Below the pieces are notes generated by a model. It saw nothing but the letters and a program-made list of their open reading frames with translations. It searched no databases and was not told the origin of the DNA. Positions 40,558-50,521 of a stretch of DNA of 64,000 nucleotides are shown in pieces. The stretch spans positions 1,600,001 through 1,664,000 of the forward strand of contig CAVYSW010000003.1 in assembly GCA_963771275.1 (NCBI GenBank), in the 5' to 3' direction. This DNA comes from an uncultured Gemmatimonadales bacterium. Its GTDB lineage: Bacteria; Gemmatimonadota; Gemmatimonadetes; Gemmatimonadales; GWC2-71-9. The translations under genes were made by a program, and so were the position numbers. Each line of letters starts with the position of its first letter. The stretch's first letter is position 1.

Positions 40558-41028
40558 CTAGCGACCGGGCGGGCCGGTGCAGCCCTCCCGGCGGCGGGTG
40601 TCCGCGATCTGGATGATCCGCCAGCCGTCGTCCATGCGGGCCAGCAGGAAGGCGTCCACGCCGCAGTGGGTGAGGGTGCCGTCCGCGTAGAACGCATACG
40701 GGGTCCAGACGGCGGCGAGATCACCGTCGATCCGGACCTCCGGATCCCAGAACTGTTCGTCCAGGTGGGCGGTCGCGCCCGCGACGCCGGCGATGAAGCG
40801 CGCGACCGGCACGGCGCGCACGACGACGTGCCCCTGCTGGTCACGTGCCGGTCCCGACAGGATGGCCTCCGGATGGAGCACCGCGTGGAGCGCCACGGTG
40901 TCCTTCGCCCGCATCGCGTCGAACAGGCGTTGCACGACCGCGATGACGTCGGCCGTCGCGTCCTGGGCGGGGAGCCGGGCCGGCGCCAGGCCGGCCAGCA
41001 GCATCAGGGTCACGGCGCCGGGCTTCAC
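40558..41028 (-). CDS. Exported NTF2/SnoaL-like protein
   Basis: GTG start overlapping the M16 stop, signal peptide, LFDAMR..D, IDG..A.VW.PY.F..DG...HCGVDAF.L.....GWRI...DT. Confidence 0.82.
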   Translation of the reverse strand: MKPGAVTLMLLAGLAPARLPAQDATADVIAVVQRLFDAMRAKDTVALHAVLHPEAILSGPARDQQGHVVVRAVPVARFIAGVAGATAHLDEQFWDPEVRIDGDLAAVWTPYAFYADGTLTHCGVDAFLLARMDDGWRIIQIADTRRREGCTGPPGR

Positions 41029-44000
41029 TGGCTTCCCCCCTGCTTGGCCTCCTCCGGCAGCAGCGTCACCTGCACGTAGTTGTCGAGCCGGAGGTAGCGC
41101 CGCGCCGCGTCCCGGATGGTCGCGGCCGTGAGGCCGCCGATCAGCTGATCGGCGGTCAGGATGGTGCGCGGATCGACGCTCCAGCGCTGGGCCGCCACGA
41201 GCTGGCCGAGCCAGTAGGCGTTCTGCTTCAGGCTGGTCTCCCGCGTGCGCAGCTGGGTCTCCATGACTTTGTGCACGATGGAATCGGACGGGCCCGCGCT
41301 CTGGAACGCCCGCAGCGTCGTGAACGTGCTGTCCACCAGCTCGTCGATGCGGGCGGGATCGGCGCCGAACCCGATGGAGACGCTGTACGTCGTGTCGGGG
41401 GCAATCGCGCTCGAGCCGCTGACGCCCACCCCATACACGCCGCCCAGGTCCTCCCGGAGGACCTCCCGCAGCCGGATGCTCAGGGCGTCCGCCAAGGCGC
41501 GCAGCGCGTAGCGGGCCTCCCGGCTGTCCTGGAACGGCCCGGTGAAGACGAGCTGCGTCCGCGCCTTGGGCTCCACCCCCTTGTGGACGACCTTGCGGAC
41601 GATCCCTGCGGGCGGCGGGATGTTGAGGTCGCGCCACGTCTCGTGCCGCCGGATCGACGGCAGGCCGCCGAGGTACTCCTCGACCAGCGGCCGGATGGCG
41701 GCGAGATCGATGTTGCCCACGAAGTAGAACGTGAAGTCGCTCGCGTCGGCGAACCGGTCGCGGTAGAACGCCATGGCGCTGCCGAGATCCACTTCCTGCA
41801 CGACGGCCGGCGTGAGGGGGCGCTCCCGGGGATTGCCCTGGGCGAGCGTCACCTGCAGCGTATCCTGGAAGTTCGCCTCCGGACTCGCCCCGCGGTTGGC
41901 CACGAACGCGAGCAGCCGCTGACGCAGCGACCCGAATGCGGCGCTGTCCAGTCGGGGTGCGGTCACGTACAGGTACGCCAGCTGGAACAGCGTCTCGATG
42001 TCCTTGGGGGAGGCGCTGCCGCGCAGCCCCTCCTCGGTGTCGTCGATCGAGGGGCCGACCCGGACGGCCTTGCCCGCCAGCACCTTCTGCAGGTCGACGG
42101 CGCTGAACGTCCCGACGCCCGACACGCCCACGATGCTGGACGCCAGCTCCGCCGACATGTACCGGTCGTCGGGGATCAGCGACGTGCCGCCGGGGCTCAC
42201 GGCCTGCATCAGCACCTCGTCGTCCTTGAAGTCGGTCGGCTTGAGCACGACCCGAACACCGTTGGCCAGCGTCCACTCGGTCACCCCGAGCTCCGGGATG
42301 GTCCGCTCCGCGACGATCGAGGAAGGCGTCGGCGCCACCGGCACCAGCGGCGCCTGCCCCAGGGTATCGGCGTAGGCCGCGATCTGCTTTCCCGCCACCT
42401 GGCCGAACACCGTGCTCAGCTCCGCCTCCGTGGGGACCGGCACGGCCGGCTTCTCGGGCGCGCTCACCAGCACCACCCGGTTCGCCGGGGTGATCCACGC
42501 GCGCGCGATACGGTTGACGTCGTCGAGCGTGATGCCCGGCAGGAACTCCCGCGCGAGAGCCAGCTCGGTCGTGATCCCCGGGATCGGTTCCTGCTCCAGG
42601 AAGTTGCGCCCGTACTCGTCGGCGTAGGTGCCCGATTCCGTCTTGGCGCGCTCGGCATAGGCCTGCTCCAGGCCGCGCAGCCTGCGCGCCTTCTCGCGCT
42701 CGAGCTCGGCGGGGGTGAACCCGAACCGCGCGACCCGCTCCGCCTCGGTGAGCAGCGCGTCGAGGCCCCGCACGGTGCCGCCGTCGCGCACCGCGGCTCC
42801 GAGCGAGAACACCTCTTTGGCGCCGATGAAGCGCCCCTGGCCCGCGCCCGCGCCGAGGACCGGCGGATCGGCCTTCTGGGACAGCTCGAAGAACCGGGCG
42901 TTCAGCATCGCGCTGAACAAGTCCTCGACGATGCCCTGCCGGTAGGCGCCAACCGTGGAGTGGTCCCGGAGGGCCTGCTTGTACAGCACGCTCACGCTGG
43001 TGTTGGTGGCCTCCTTGTCGCTCGCGATGGCGAACAGCGGCTCCGCGTGATCGGGCACGTCGATCGTCGGCCGCGGCCGCTCCGGCGACGGATTGCGCAG
43101 CGGCGCAAACCGCTCCCGGATCAGGGCTTCGATGGCCTTGGGATCGAAGTCCCCCACCGCGATCACCGCCATCATGTCGGGCCGGTACCAGTCCCGATAG
43201 AACCGCTTCAGCACCTCATGGCGGAACGTCCGGAGGATGTCGGGCTTCCCGATCGGCAGGCGCTCGGCGTATTTCGACCCCTGGAAGATGACCGGCAGCT
43301 GCTTGTCCAGCATGCGGGAGCCCGCTCCGCGTCCCAGACGCCACTCCTCGATGATGACGCCGCGCTCCTTGTCGGTCTCGACCGAATCGAACGTCACGCC
43401 GTCGGCCCAGTCCTCGAGGATCTGGAACGCCGTCTGCACGACGGACGCCGTGTCGGTCGGGATCTGCAGCATGTACACCGTCTCGTCGAAGCTCGTGTAG
43501 GCATTCACCTCCGGCCCGAACTTCATGCCGACCGACTCCAGGTAGTTCACCAGCTGCTGCTTCGCGAAGTGCCGGGTGCCGTTGAACGCCATGTGCTCGA
43601 CGAAGTGGGCCAGACCCTGCTGGTCATCGTCCTCGAGCACGGAGCCGGCGTGGACCACGAGCCGGAGCTCCGCACGGTGCTCGGGCTTGGCATTGGCGCG
43701 CACGTAGTAGCGCAGGCCGTTCGGCAACGTGCCGACGGTGACCTGCGAGTCCACCGGCAGCGGCTGGGCCGGCCGGTCCTGGGCGCCGAGCGCGGCGGGC
43801 AGGCCGAGCAGCAGCAGCACCGCGAGCGAGTGCTTGAAGCGGTCGAGATCGCGCCGCTGCTTCTTGGTGGGCCGGCCCTTGCCGTCGTAGAACGCGGTGG
43901 GCTGGGATCGCAGCTGGAGGGCCAGGGCCTCCCGGGCGCGCTTCGCCATCGGATCCTCCTCATACAGGGTGGCCGCGACCTTCGCGGGGCCGCGGTGCTC

Positions 44001-44213
44001 GGAGAGCAGCAACACCTTGAGCTTGTACTCGAACGGCCCGGCCCGGATCCGGATCCGGTCGCCGGTGTGCACATGCCGGGCGCGCTTCGCGCGCTCACCG
44101 TTCACGTCCACGCGGCCACCATCCAGCGCCGCCGCCGCGAGCGCGCGCGTCTTGAAGAAGCGCGCAGCCCAGAGCCATTTGTCGAGCCGGATCGGCGCGG
44201 CGTCGTCGGGCAA
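41025..44213 (-). CDS. In-frame fusion: Hsp15/HslR S4 RNA-binding domain + signal-like helix + M16B zinc peptidase (PqqL-like)
   Basis: GAGGAG-8 nt-TTG start. RLDKWLWAARFFKTR..A...GRV.VNG..AK, RGPA..A..LYEE, GRPTKKQRR, then LAVLLLLGLPAALGA-QD, LPNGLRYY, GLAHFVEHMAFNG, NAYTSFDETVY, LREVLRE..G.VY. Confidence 0.85.
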   Translation of the reverse strand: MPDDAAPIRLDKWLWAARFFKTRALAAAALDGGRVDVNGERAKRARHVHTGDRIRIRAGPFEYKLKVLLLSEHRGPAKVAATLYEEDPMAKRAREALALQLRSQPTAFYDGKGRPTKKQRRDLDRFKHSLAVLLLLGLPAALGAQDRPAQPLPVDSQVTVGTLPNGLRYYVRANAKPEHRAELRLVVHAGSVLEDDDQQGLAHFVEHMAFNGTRHFAKQQLVNYLESVGMKFGPEVNAYTSFDETVYMLQIPTDTASVVQTAFQILEDWADGVTFDSVETDKERGVIIEEWRLGRGAGSRMLDKQLPVIFQGSKYAERLPIGKPDILRTFRHEVLKRFYRDWYRPDMMAVIAVGDFDPKAIEALIRERFAPLRNPSPERPRPTIDVPDHAEPLFAIASDKEATNTSVSVLYKQALRDHSTVGAYRQGIVEDLFSAMLNARFFELSQKADPPVLGAGAGQGRFIGAKEVFSLGAAVRDGGTVRGLDALLTEAERVARFGFTPAELEREKARRLRGLEQAYAERAKTESGTYADEYGRNFLEQEPIPGITTELALAREFLPGITLDDVNRIARAWITPANRVVLVSAPEKPAVPVPTEAELSTVFGQVAGKQIAAYADTLGQAPLVPVAPTPSSIVAERTIPELGVTEWTLANGVRVVLKPTDFKDDEVLMQAVSPGGTSLIPDDRYMSAELASSIVGVSGVGTFSAVDLQKVLAGKAVRVGPSIDDTEEGLRGSASPKDIETLFQLAYLYVTAPRLDSAAFGSLRQRLLAFVANRGASPEANFQDTLQVTLAQGNPRERPLTPAVVQEVDLGSAMAFYRDRFADASDFTFYFVGNIDLAAIRPLVEEYLGGLPSIRRHETWRDLNIPPPAGIVRKVVHKGVEPKARTQLVFTGPFQDSREARYALRALADALSIRLREVLREDLGGVYGVGVSGSSAIAPDTTYSVSIGFGADPARIDELVDSTFTTLRAFQSAGPSDSIVHKVMETQLRTRETSLKQNAYWLGQLVAAQRWSVDPRTILTADQLIGGLTAATIRDAARRYLRLDNYVQVTLLPEEAKQGGSQ

Positions 44214-44318
44214 TGCCGGCACTCCTCGCGTACTGGGGTCGAGACGTCCTCGCCACCGCCTAAGGTCGCGTGGCCCGGCGCCGTCCGCAACCGGGGACCG
44301 CGCGGTAAGTTCCCCGCC

Positions 44319-45176
44319 ATGACCGTCGCCTTGGCAACCTGCGCCGCCCTGCCGGGCCTCGCGAGCGACGACCGGAGTCTCCTCGGCGCGTTGCGGGCGC
44401 TGGGGGTGGCGGCGGAGCCCGCCGTGTGGGAGGACCAGCTCTACGACTGGGCCGGCCTCCGCCTGTGCGTCATTCGGTCCGCGTGGGACTACGCGTATCG
44501 GCGGCCGGCGTTCGTGGCGTGGAGCCGGCGCGTCGCCGCGGTCACGACCCTGTGGAACCCGGCCCCGATCGTCGAGTGGAACACGCACAAGCGCTACCTC
44601 GTGGACCTGGCGGCTCGTGGCGTCCCCGCCGTTCCGACGATCGTGCTCCCGGCCGGCTCCGCCCCGCGGCTGTCGGAGGTCGTGGCCGGCCGGGGGTGGG
44701 ACGCGGTGATCCTCAAGGCGGCCGTCGCCCAGACCGGCCGGCACCTGCTGCGGGTCGACTCCACGGAGCGGCCCCGCGGCCAGGCGCACCTCGATCGCCT
44801 GCTGCCCCACGAAGACCTGCTGGTGCAGCCATTCCTGCCCCGCGTGACCGACGCGGGGGAGGTTTCGCTCGTGTTCATCGACGGCGCGTTCTCGCACGCG
44901 GTCCGAAAGCGTCCCGCCGCGGGGGATTTCCGGGTGCACGACGATTACGGCGGGAGTGTCGCCGCCGTCGAGCCGGCGTCGGCCGAGCGCGCGGTCGCGG
45001 AGGCCGCCATCGCCGCCGCCGGGACGCCGCTGCTGTACGCCCGCGTCGACCTCGTGCCGGGGCCCGCCGGACCGGTCGTCATGGAGCTGGAGCTGGTGGA
45101 GCCGGACCTGTTCCTGGGCTACGCGCCCGGCGCCGCAGAGCGGCTGGCGCGGGCGATCGTGGCGCGGCTGGGCTGA
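44319..45176 (+). CDS. RimK-like ATP-grasp protein
   Basis: IRS.WDY, WN..K.YL, VPT, VQPF, GE.SL.F..G.FSHAV.K, DFRV, YARVD, MELEL.EP.LF. Confidence 0.85.
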   Translation: MTVALATCAALPGLASDDRSLLGALRALGVAAEPAVWEDQLYDWAGLRLCVIRSAWDYAYRRPAFVAWSRRVAAVTTLWNPAPIVEWNTHKRYLVDLAARGVPAVPTIVLPAGSAPRLSEVVAGRGWDAVILKAAVAQTGRHLLRVDSTERPRGQAHLDRLLPHEDLLVQPFLPRVTDAGEVSLVFIDGAFSHAVRKRPAAGDFRVHDDYGGSVAAVEPASAERAVAEAAIAAAGTPLLYARVDLVPGPAGPVVMELELVEPDLFLGYAPGAAERLARAIVARLG

Positions 45177-45198
45177 GGGGGCGCCGCCGGCGCGGCGA

Positions 45199-45819
45199 CT
45201 ACGCCGACACCACCGGGTTCCGCAGCACCCCGACCCCGGGGATCTCCACCTCCACCAGGTCGCCGGCGACGAGTGGGCCCACGCCTTCCGGCGTCCCGGT
45301 CGCCACCAGGTCGCCGGGCTCGAGCGTCATCACGTGCGAGATGTAGGCGAGCAGCTGCGGCACGGCGAAGATCATGTCCGCCGCCCGGCCACGTTGCCGC
45401 TCCTGGCCGTTGACGCGCCCGATCACCTCGAGCGTCGAGAGGTCGAAATCGTCGGGGACCGTCCGGGGCAGACCGACCGGGCAGAACGTGTCGAACCCCT
45501 TGGCGCGTGTCCACTGCCCGTCGGGCTTCTGGAGGTCGCGCGCGGTGACGTCGTTGAGGCAGGCGATGCCAGCCACGGCGCGCCGGGCCGTCGCCTCGTC
45601 CGCCCGGCACAGCCGCGCCCCGAGCACGATGCCGATTTCCGCCTCGTGCTCCACCTGCCGCGACGCGGCCGGCAGCACGATCGGCTCCCCGTCGCCGATC
45701 ACGGCGGAGGGCGGCTTGAGGAACAGCAGCGGGCGCTCCGGCACCGGATTGCCCAGCTCGCGCGCGTGCGCCGCGTAGTTCCGCCCCACACAGACGATCT
45801 TCCCCGGTCGTAACGCCAT
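45199..45819 (-). CDS. Fumarylacetoacetate hydrolase family protein
   Basis: KIVCVGRNY..H, FLKP, EHEAE, NDVTARD.Q, W..AKGFDTFCP.G, TLEPGD...TGTP.GVG. Confidence 0.93.
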   Translation of the reverse strand: MALRPGKIVCVGRNYAAHARELGNPVPERPLLFLKPPSAVIGDGEPIVLPAASRQVEHEAEIGIVLGARLCRADEATARRAVAGIACLNDVTARDLQKPDGQWTRAKGFDTFCPVGLPRTVPDDFDLSTLEVIGRVNGQERQRGRAADMIFAVPQLLAYISHVMTLEPGDLVATGTPEGVGPLVAGDLVEVEIPGVGVLRNPVVSA

Positions 45820-45911
45820 GCCGCCTCCGTGTGGGCACAAAGATACCCGCCTCGCTGTTGGAGGTGGAAAGCCTGCGTATGTTTGAATGCCTGTGAGGAG
45901 GAGGGATCCCC

Positions 45912-46541
45912 GTGAGGCGGCTCGTGATCGCTCTGGCGCTCGTGACCGCGGCATGCGCCGCGCGCCCCGACGCGCGGTCGAGCGCCGGCGACGACAACCC
46001 GCTCGGCCTGCGCGGTCGGGTGCTGGCCGAGCCGCTCGCCAAGCCGGCGTTCGTGCTGACGGATACCGGTCATCGCCCGTTCGACTTCCGGCGCCAGACC
46101 GACGGCTACCTCACCCTGCTGTTCTTCGGTTACACGTACTGCCCGGACGTCTGCCCGGTGCACATGGCGAACCTCGGCGCGGTGATCGCCCAGCTCGCGC
46201 CCTCCCTGGCGGATCGGATCCGCGTGGTCTTCGTCACGACCGATCCGGCGCGCGATACGCCGGAGCGGCTGCGGCAGTGGCTCGACAACTTCGACCGGCG
46301 GTTCATCGGCCTGACGGGCGATACGGCGCAGATCGCGGCCGCCGAGCGCGCGGTGGGGCTGCCGGCCGCGGAGATCGGGCCGCGCGACAGCACGGGCGCG
46401 TACGAAGTCGGACACTCCGCCGTGGTGGTCGCGTTCACCCCCGACAACCTGGCCCACGTGCTCTACCCGTTTGGCATCCGCCAGGCGGACTGGGCCAATG
46501 ACCTTCCCAAGCTCCTCACGATCGCATGGCCCGGATCCTGA
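45912..46541 (+). CDS. SCO1/SenC copper chaperone lipoprotein
   Basis: VTAAC lipobox, FFGYT.CPDVCP, T.DP.RDT, Y.V.HS. Confidence 0.93.
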   Translation: MRRLVIALALVTAACAARPDARSSAGDDNPLGLRGRVLAEPLAKPAFVLTDTGHRPFDFRRQTDGYLTLLFFGYTYCPDVCPVHMANLGAVIAQLAPSLADRIRVVFVTTDPARDTPERLRQWLDNFDRRFIGLTGDTAQIAAAERAVGLPAAEIGPRDSTGAYEVGHSAVVVAFTPDNLAHVLYPFGIRQADWANDLPKLLTIAWPGS

Positions 46542-47017
46542 TCGTTCCACTCGCCGTGGGGGTGGCCGTGGCGGCCGCGGCGTGCCGCCGGGCGCCGGAG
46601 GGAAGAGCGGGAGAGCGGGACGGAGCCCTCACGATCGCGGACGCCTATGCGGCGGAGCCCGTGAGCGATGAGGCGGCGGTGGTCTACCTCACCATCCGGA
46701 ACGGCACGAGCGCCGCCGACACCCTGGTAGCTGCGGCGACCCCGATCGCGGCGACCGCCGGGGTCCACCACCAGATGGCCATGGGCGCGATGACCCACAT
46801 GGAACCCGCCGGGCCCGTCCCAGTGCCGGCCGGTGGGGAGCTGCGGCTCGAGCCGGGCGGGACGCACCTCATGCTGGAGCGGCTGACGGCGCGGCCGCGG
46901 GTCGGGGACACGATTGACGTGACGCTCACATTCAGCCGCGCCGGCCCGATCCGCGTGCGTGTTCCGGTGATCGCGTATGCCGAGGTCACCGACCGGGCGG
47001 CGCACCCGGTCCATTAG
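46526..47017 (+). CDS. Copper chaperone PCu(A)C
   Basis: Lipobox, Y.TI.N..D.L, H...M...HM, L.PGG.HLML. Confidence 0.9.
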   Translation: MARILIVPLAVGVAVAAAACRRAPEGRAGERDGALTIADAYAAEPVSDEAAVVYLTIRNGTSAADTLVAAATPIAATAGVHHQMAMGAMTHMEPAGPVPVPAGGELRLEPGGTHLMLERLTARPRVGDTIDVTLTFSRAGPIRVRVPVIAYAEVTDRAAHPVH

Positions 47018-47020
47018 ACG

Positions 47021-47860
47021 ATGACCTGGTGGTGCGCGGCGCGGGGTCTCCCCTGGACCTGGGAGTGGCAGGCCTTCCCCGGCGTGTGGCTGTTCGTCGC
47101 GTCGCTCGGCGCGACCTACGTCTGGGCCCTGCGGCGGCTGCCACCGGCCCGGTTCGCCGGCGACGACCGGCCGACCACCCGGCGAGAGATCGCGCTGTTC
47201 CTCCTCGGGTTGCTCGCGTTGTGGGTCGCGGCCGACTGGCCGGTGGGGCTGCTCGCGGCGGGGTACCTGTTGAGTGCCCGGACCGTCCAGTATCTGCTGT
47301 TCGTTCTCGTGGCGCCGCCCCTCATGCTGCTCGGCATGCCGCGATGGCTGCTGCGCCGCTTGACGCGGCCGCGCGCCGCGTTCCGCCTCGCGCGGGTCCT
47401 GACCCGACCGCTGGTCCCGCTCGTGATCTACAACGTCGTCCTGGTGGCGATGCACCTGCCGCCGGTCGTCGAGAGCGTCAGCGGCTCCCAGCTGGCCTCG
47501 TTTGGCCTCGACACGGTGGCGATCCTCTCTGGATTCGTCTTCTGGTGGCCGGCGCTCGCCCGGCTGCCCGAGCTTACGCCGATGGGCTACCCCGGCCGGA
47601 TCGGCTACCTGTTGCTCAGCGTGTTCGTGCCCACCGTGCCCGCGGCGTTCTTTACCTACTCACGGTACCCCATCTACGGCCTTTACGAGCTCGCGCCCCG
47701 TGTCGGCCATCTCGGAGCGGCGCTCGACCAGCAGCTGGCCGGGCTGATGATGAAGACGGTGGGCGGCGCAATCCTGTTCACCACGATGTCCGTGATGTTC
47801 TTCCGTTGGCACCGCACGGAGGCGGCGGCGGAACCGGCCGGCCCCGCCGCGCCGGCCTGA
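47021..47860 (+). CDS. ctaG: caa3-type cytochrome c oxidase assembly factor CtaG
   Basis: Multi-TM protein; S..VQ...L..VAPPL.LLG.P, H.P, FWWP, DQQLAGL.M; sits after SCO and PCuAC. Confidence 0.8.
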   Translation: MTWWCAARGLPWTWEWQAFPGVWLFVASLGATYVWALRRLPPARFAGDDRPTTRREIALFLLGLLALWVAADWPVGLLAAGYLLSARTVQYLLFVLVAPPLMLLGMPRWLLRRLTRPRAAFRLARVLTRPLVPLVIYNVVLVAMHLPPVVESVSGSQLASFGLDTVAILSGFVFWWPALARLPELTPMGYPGRIGYLLLSVFVPTVPAAFFTYSRYPIYGLYELAPRVGHLGAALDQQLAGLMMKTVGGAILFTTMSVMFFRWHRTEAAAEPAGPAAPA

Positions 47861-47983
47861 CGGCCCCGAGCAGGTCACACTCGAGGGTGGGGACACGGGT
47901 GGGCGACCTCCCTGGCGGAGCCGCCCGGCGGGGGTTATTAGGGAAAGGCCACGCGCTCCGGACCCGAAAGGCGGCCGACCCCG

Positions 47984-49174
47984 GTGCCGTCCACCCCCAG
48001 CGCCCGCGTCCCCGCGGCGGTTCGTGCGAGGGCGCGGCGAGCCGTTTTGCCGGCGCCGGCCCTTGCCCTGCTCGCCGTCCTCGGTGGCGGTTGCGATGAC
48101 GGCGTGGAGGTCGAGGCCCGTGAGGTCAGCGTGCGCGCCGGCCAGGACATCTCGCTCCTGCTGCGCGTTCCCCCCGCACCCGCCCAGGCGAATCCCGCGG
48201 CCGCCGCGCTGAACGCACCCGGACACAGCGACGTCGTGGTGCGGCTCGCCGGCACGCAGACGGGCAGTCGCAAGCTCGTTGTCGACGAGGGGTCGGCCAA
48301 GGTGCGGCTGCAGGCGCCCGGCGCGACGGCAACCGGGGCCGCGGCGTCCCCCACGTTCGCGCGCGCACCGGGCGAGCGACCGCTCGTCGCGGTCTTCCGG
48401 CGATCCGGCGGTGGCTCCGGATGCCGTGACTATGAGGCCCTCGCGTTCGTCGATCGGTTCCCGCTCGCTGCAGGCGACGTCTGCCTTGACGGGGCGGCGG
48501 CGTTCGGTGCAGATCGCAAGGCCGAGCCGCTGACGGCGTCCGCCTGGGCCACCGCGGCCACCGCTAACGCGGTCGTGCCACCGGTCGTGATTCAGGTGCG
48601 GATCGTCGGCGGCGACAGCCGATCGGAGGCCTGGTGGGCGCTCGCGCGGCGCCAGTTGGGGGTGAATCGGATCGGCGCAGACCTCGCTGCCGTGCCGGAC
48701 GGCGAAAGCCTTCCCGGTGACGTGTCGGAGTCCGCCGTGGCCGGGTGCGCGTCACTTGACCATGACTGGCGACCCAGGGCGCCCGCCGTCATCACCATCG
48801 CGTTCGTGCGGGAGCTGACGGCCGGCAGCGGTATGTCGGAAATCGGTGGGGAGTGGTGTGCGGGAGACTCGGTCGCGATCGTGAGCCTGAACAAGGGTCT
48901 TCCCGAGACGCTGCTGCATGAGCTGGGCCACGCCTTGGGGTTGTGCCACCCGGGTGATGGGGTCGATGGACGCGTCACGAACCTGATGTACGACCTGCCG
49001 GACCTTGATCAACCGGCCCCCCGGCGCTGGCTCACCGTCGGGCAGGCCTATCGCGCCAATTTCAGCCCCTCGTCGATGTTGCGGGCTGTGCGCGATGGGG
49101 TGTCGCCCGACCCGGTGCGGTGTCGCTGCGATCTGTGCCCGAGCGACGCCCTCGACCTCCGGAGAGGGAAGTAG
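47984..49174 (+). CDS. Putative lipoprotein with metzincin zinc-metalloprotease motif
   Basis: LAVLGGGC lipobox-like; HELGHALGLCH (HExxHxxGxxH) at 48917-48949 followed by an NLM Met-turn; Cys-rich C-terminus CRCDLC. Confidence 0.72.
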   Translation: MPSTPSARVPAAVRARARRAVLPAPALALLAVLGGGCDDGVEVEAREVSVRAGQDISLLLRVPPAPAQANPAAAALNAPGHSDVVVRLAGTQTGSRKLVVDEGSAKVRLQAPGATATGAAASPTFARAPGERPLVAVFRRSGGGSGCRDYEALAFVDRFPLAAGDVCLDGAAAFGADRKAEPLTASAWATAATANAVVPPVVIQVRIVGGDSRSEAWWALARRQLGVNRIGADLAAVPDGESLPGDVSESAVAGCASLDHDWRPRAPAVITIAFVRELTAGSGMSEIGGEWCAGDSVAIVSLNKGLPETLLHELGHALGLCHPGDGVDGRVTNLMYDLPDLDQPAPRRWLTVGQAYRANFSPSSMLRAVRDGVSPDPVRCRCDLCPSDALDLRRGK

Positions 49175-49177
49175 CCG

Positions 49178-50521
49178 ATGCTGGGCAAGCTGCTGGCGCT
49201 GCTGGCGGTGCTCCTGGTGGCTGGCGCCATCGCGCTGGCCATCGTCCTCCCGCGCCGCGCCCGGTCGGCCGCCGTCCACGCCTGGCTGGTGTGCGGCGAC
49301 TGCCAGGAGGACGAGCTCGCGCGCGTGCTCCGGTACGGCGGCAAGGTCGTGGATCCGCTGCGCGATGCGCTGCTCGACGGGCCGTCGCCGGCGCGCCGGC
49401 GAGCGATCGCGGCGCAGAGCGCCCAGGCCTACGTGGGCCGGTCCCCTGCGCAGGTCGGCGAGAACGTCGCGCACGACGTGGCCAACTACGTCGCCCTCTA
49501 CCAGGTGCGGGCGATTCACGCCCTGGCGGCCCTGGCGGACAGCGGCATCGCGAGCGCGGCCGCCGCACTGACGGCGTGTTGGGACAGCACCCAGGCGGGG
49601 CGTCGCACGTACCGGCCGGACGTGTGGCGCCGTCTCGAAGTGGCCGCGACGCTGGCGGGCGCCGGACCACTGGGACGCGGAGGCTCCTCCGACACGGCGG
49701 CGTTCGGGCAGACCGTCACGGTGCCGCGAACGGCGCCGCCGGCCTGGGGTCCGGCGACTGCTCTCTCCCTGGTCGGATCGCCGTTCGCGGACGACCTGGT
49801 TGTGTTCCGATCGCCCGACACGCTCCGCTTCCTCGCGATCGGGTGGGTCGGGCGACAGCTCGTCCGCATCGTGCCGGCGCCCCGGGCCACTCCCGAGTGG
49901 CGAGCGCTGTCCATCGGCCGCATGCGGTATCGGATGCGCACGCCGGCGGACGCCGAGACCATCGCCTTGCGCGACAGTGCGCCCCGGTTCGCCGCGCTGA
50001 GGCGGGGCACGGACTTTCATCGCGTCGCGTCCGGACACGGGGCGACCACGCTGGCGGACCTCGACTGGTCGGGAGCCGGCTCGGTGTGGCCGGAATGGCG
50101 GTCTTGCGCCCAGCCCGATTCTCTGGAGCGGTGGGGATCGCCTTCGGCCACGCGGGTCCTCGGGCGCGTCCTGTCCGCCGGAACGCCGCTGGGGAGGGCC
50201 ACGGTGGCGGTGGTAGGAACTGCGCTCAGCGCGATGACCGACTCGCTTGGGCGGTTCGCCCTCACCGTGCCGTTCACTGGGCCCAACGCAGTGGCTCTCG
50301 CCGTCAGCGCCGTGGGTCATGAGACCCTGAGGTTCCGGGCGCACGTCGGCGTGGGGGACGGCTACGAGGCGCGTCTCGCCCGCACGGGGCGGCCTGACGT
50401 CGCCGGCGTGACCCTGCCGAGCGGGCCGCTGGTCACGTGCGTGTTCCTCGCGGCCCGCGTGGATTCCACCCCGGCCGGCGCCGAGCCGGTCGTGGCCCGG
50501 CTTCGTCTGCGCTGGCCGTGA
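49178..50521 (+). CDS. Membrane-anchored hypothetical protein (CxxC, HEAT-like helices, carboxypeptidase-regulatory-like beta domain)
   Basis: N-terminal TM; WLVCGDC; G.V...GTPL..ATV.V.GT....TDS.GRF.L...L.VS.VG.E. Confidence 0.7.
   Translation: MLGKLLALLAVLLVAGAIALAIVLPRRARSAAVHAWLVCGDCQEDELARVLRYGGKVVDPLRDALLDGPSPARRRAIAAQSAQAYVGRSPAQVGENVAHDVANYVALYQVRAIHALAALADSGIASAAAALTACWDSTQAGRRTYRPDVWRRLEVAATLAGAGPLGRGGSSDTAAFGQTVTVPRTAPPAWGPATALSLVGSPFADDLVVFRSPDTLRFLAIGWVGRQLVRIVPAPRATPEWRALSIGRMRYRMRTPADAETIALRDSAPRFAALRRGTDFHRVASGHGATTLADLDWSGAGSVWPEWRSCAQPDSLERWGSPSATRVLGRVLSAGTPLGRATVAVVGTALSAMTDSLGRFALTVPFTGPNAVALAVSAVGHETLRFRAHVGVGDGYEARLARTGRPDVAGVTLPSGPLVTCVFLAARVDSTPAGAEPVVARLRLRWP

Noticed and set aside
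41271..44318. Long plus-strand ORF upstream of the ATP-grasp gene, and similar long antisense ORFs (e.g. 50362-53829, 26511-28844, 24120-26249)
   Set aside because: These are shadow ORFs opposite real genes, expected at this GC content because stop codons are rare.
44214..44939. N-terminal extension of the 1304-aa Hsp15-M16 ORF
   Set aside because: It lies antisense to the ATP-grasp gene and has no domain features; a good RBS and TTG exist at 44213.
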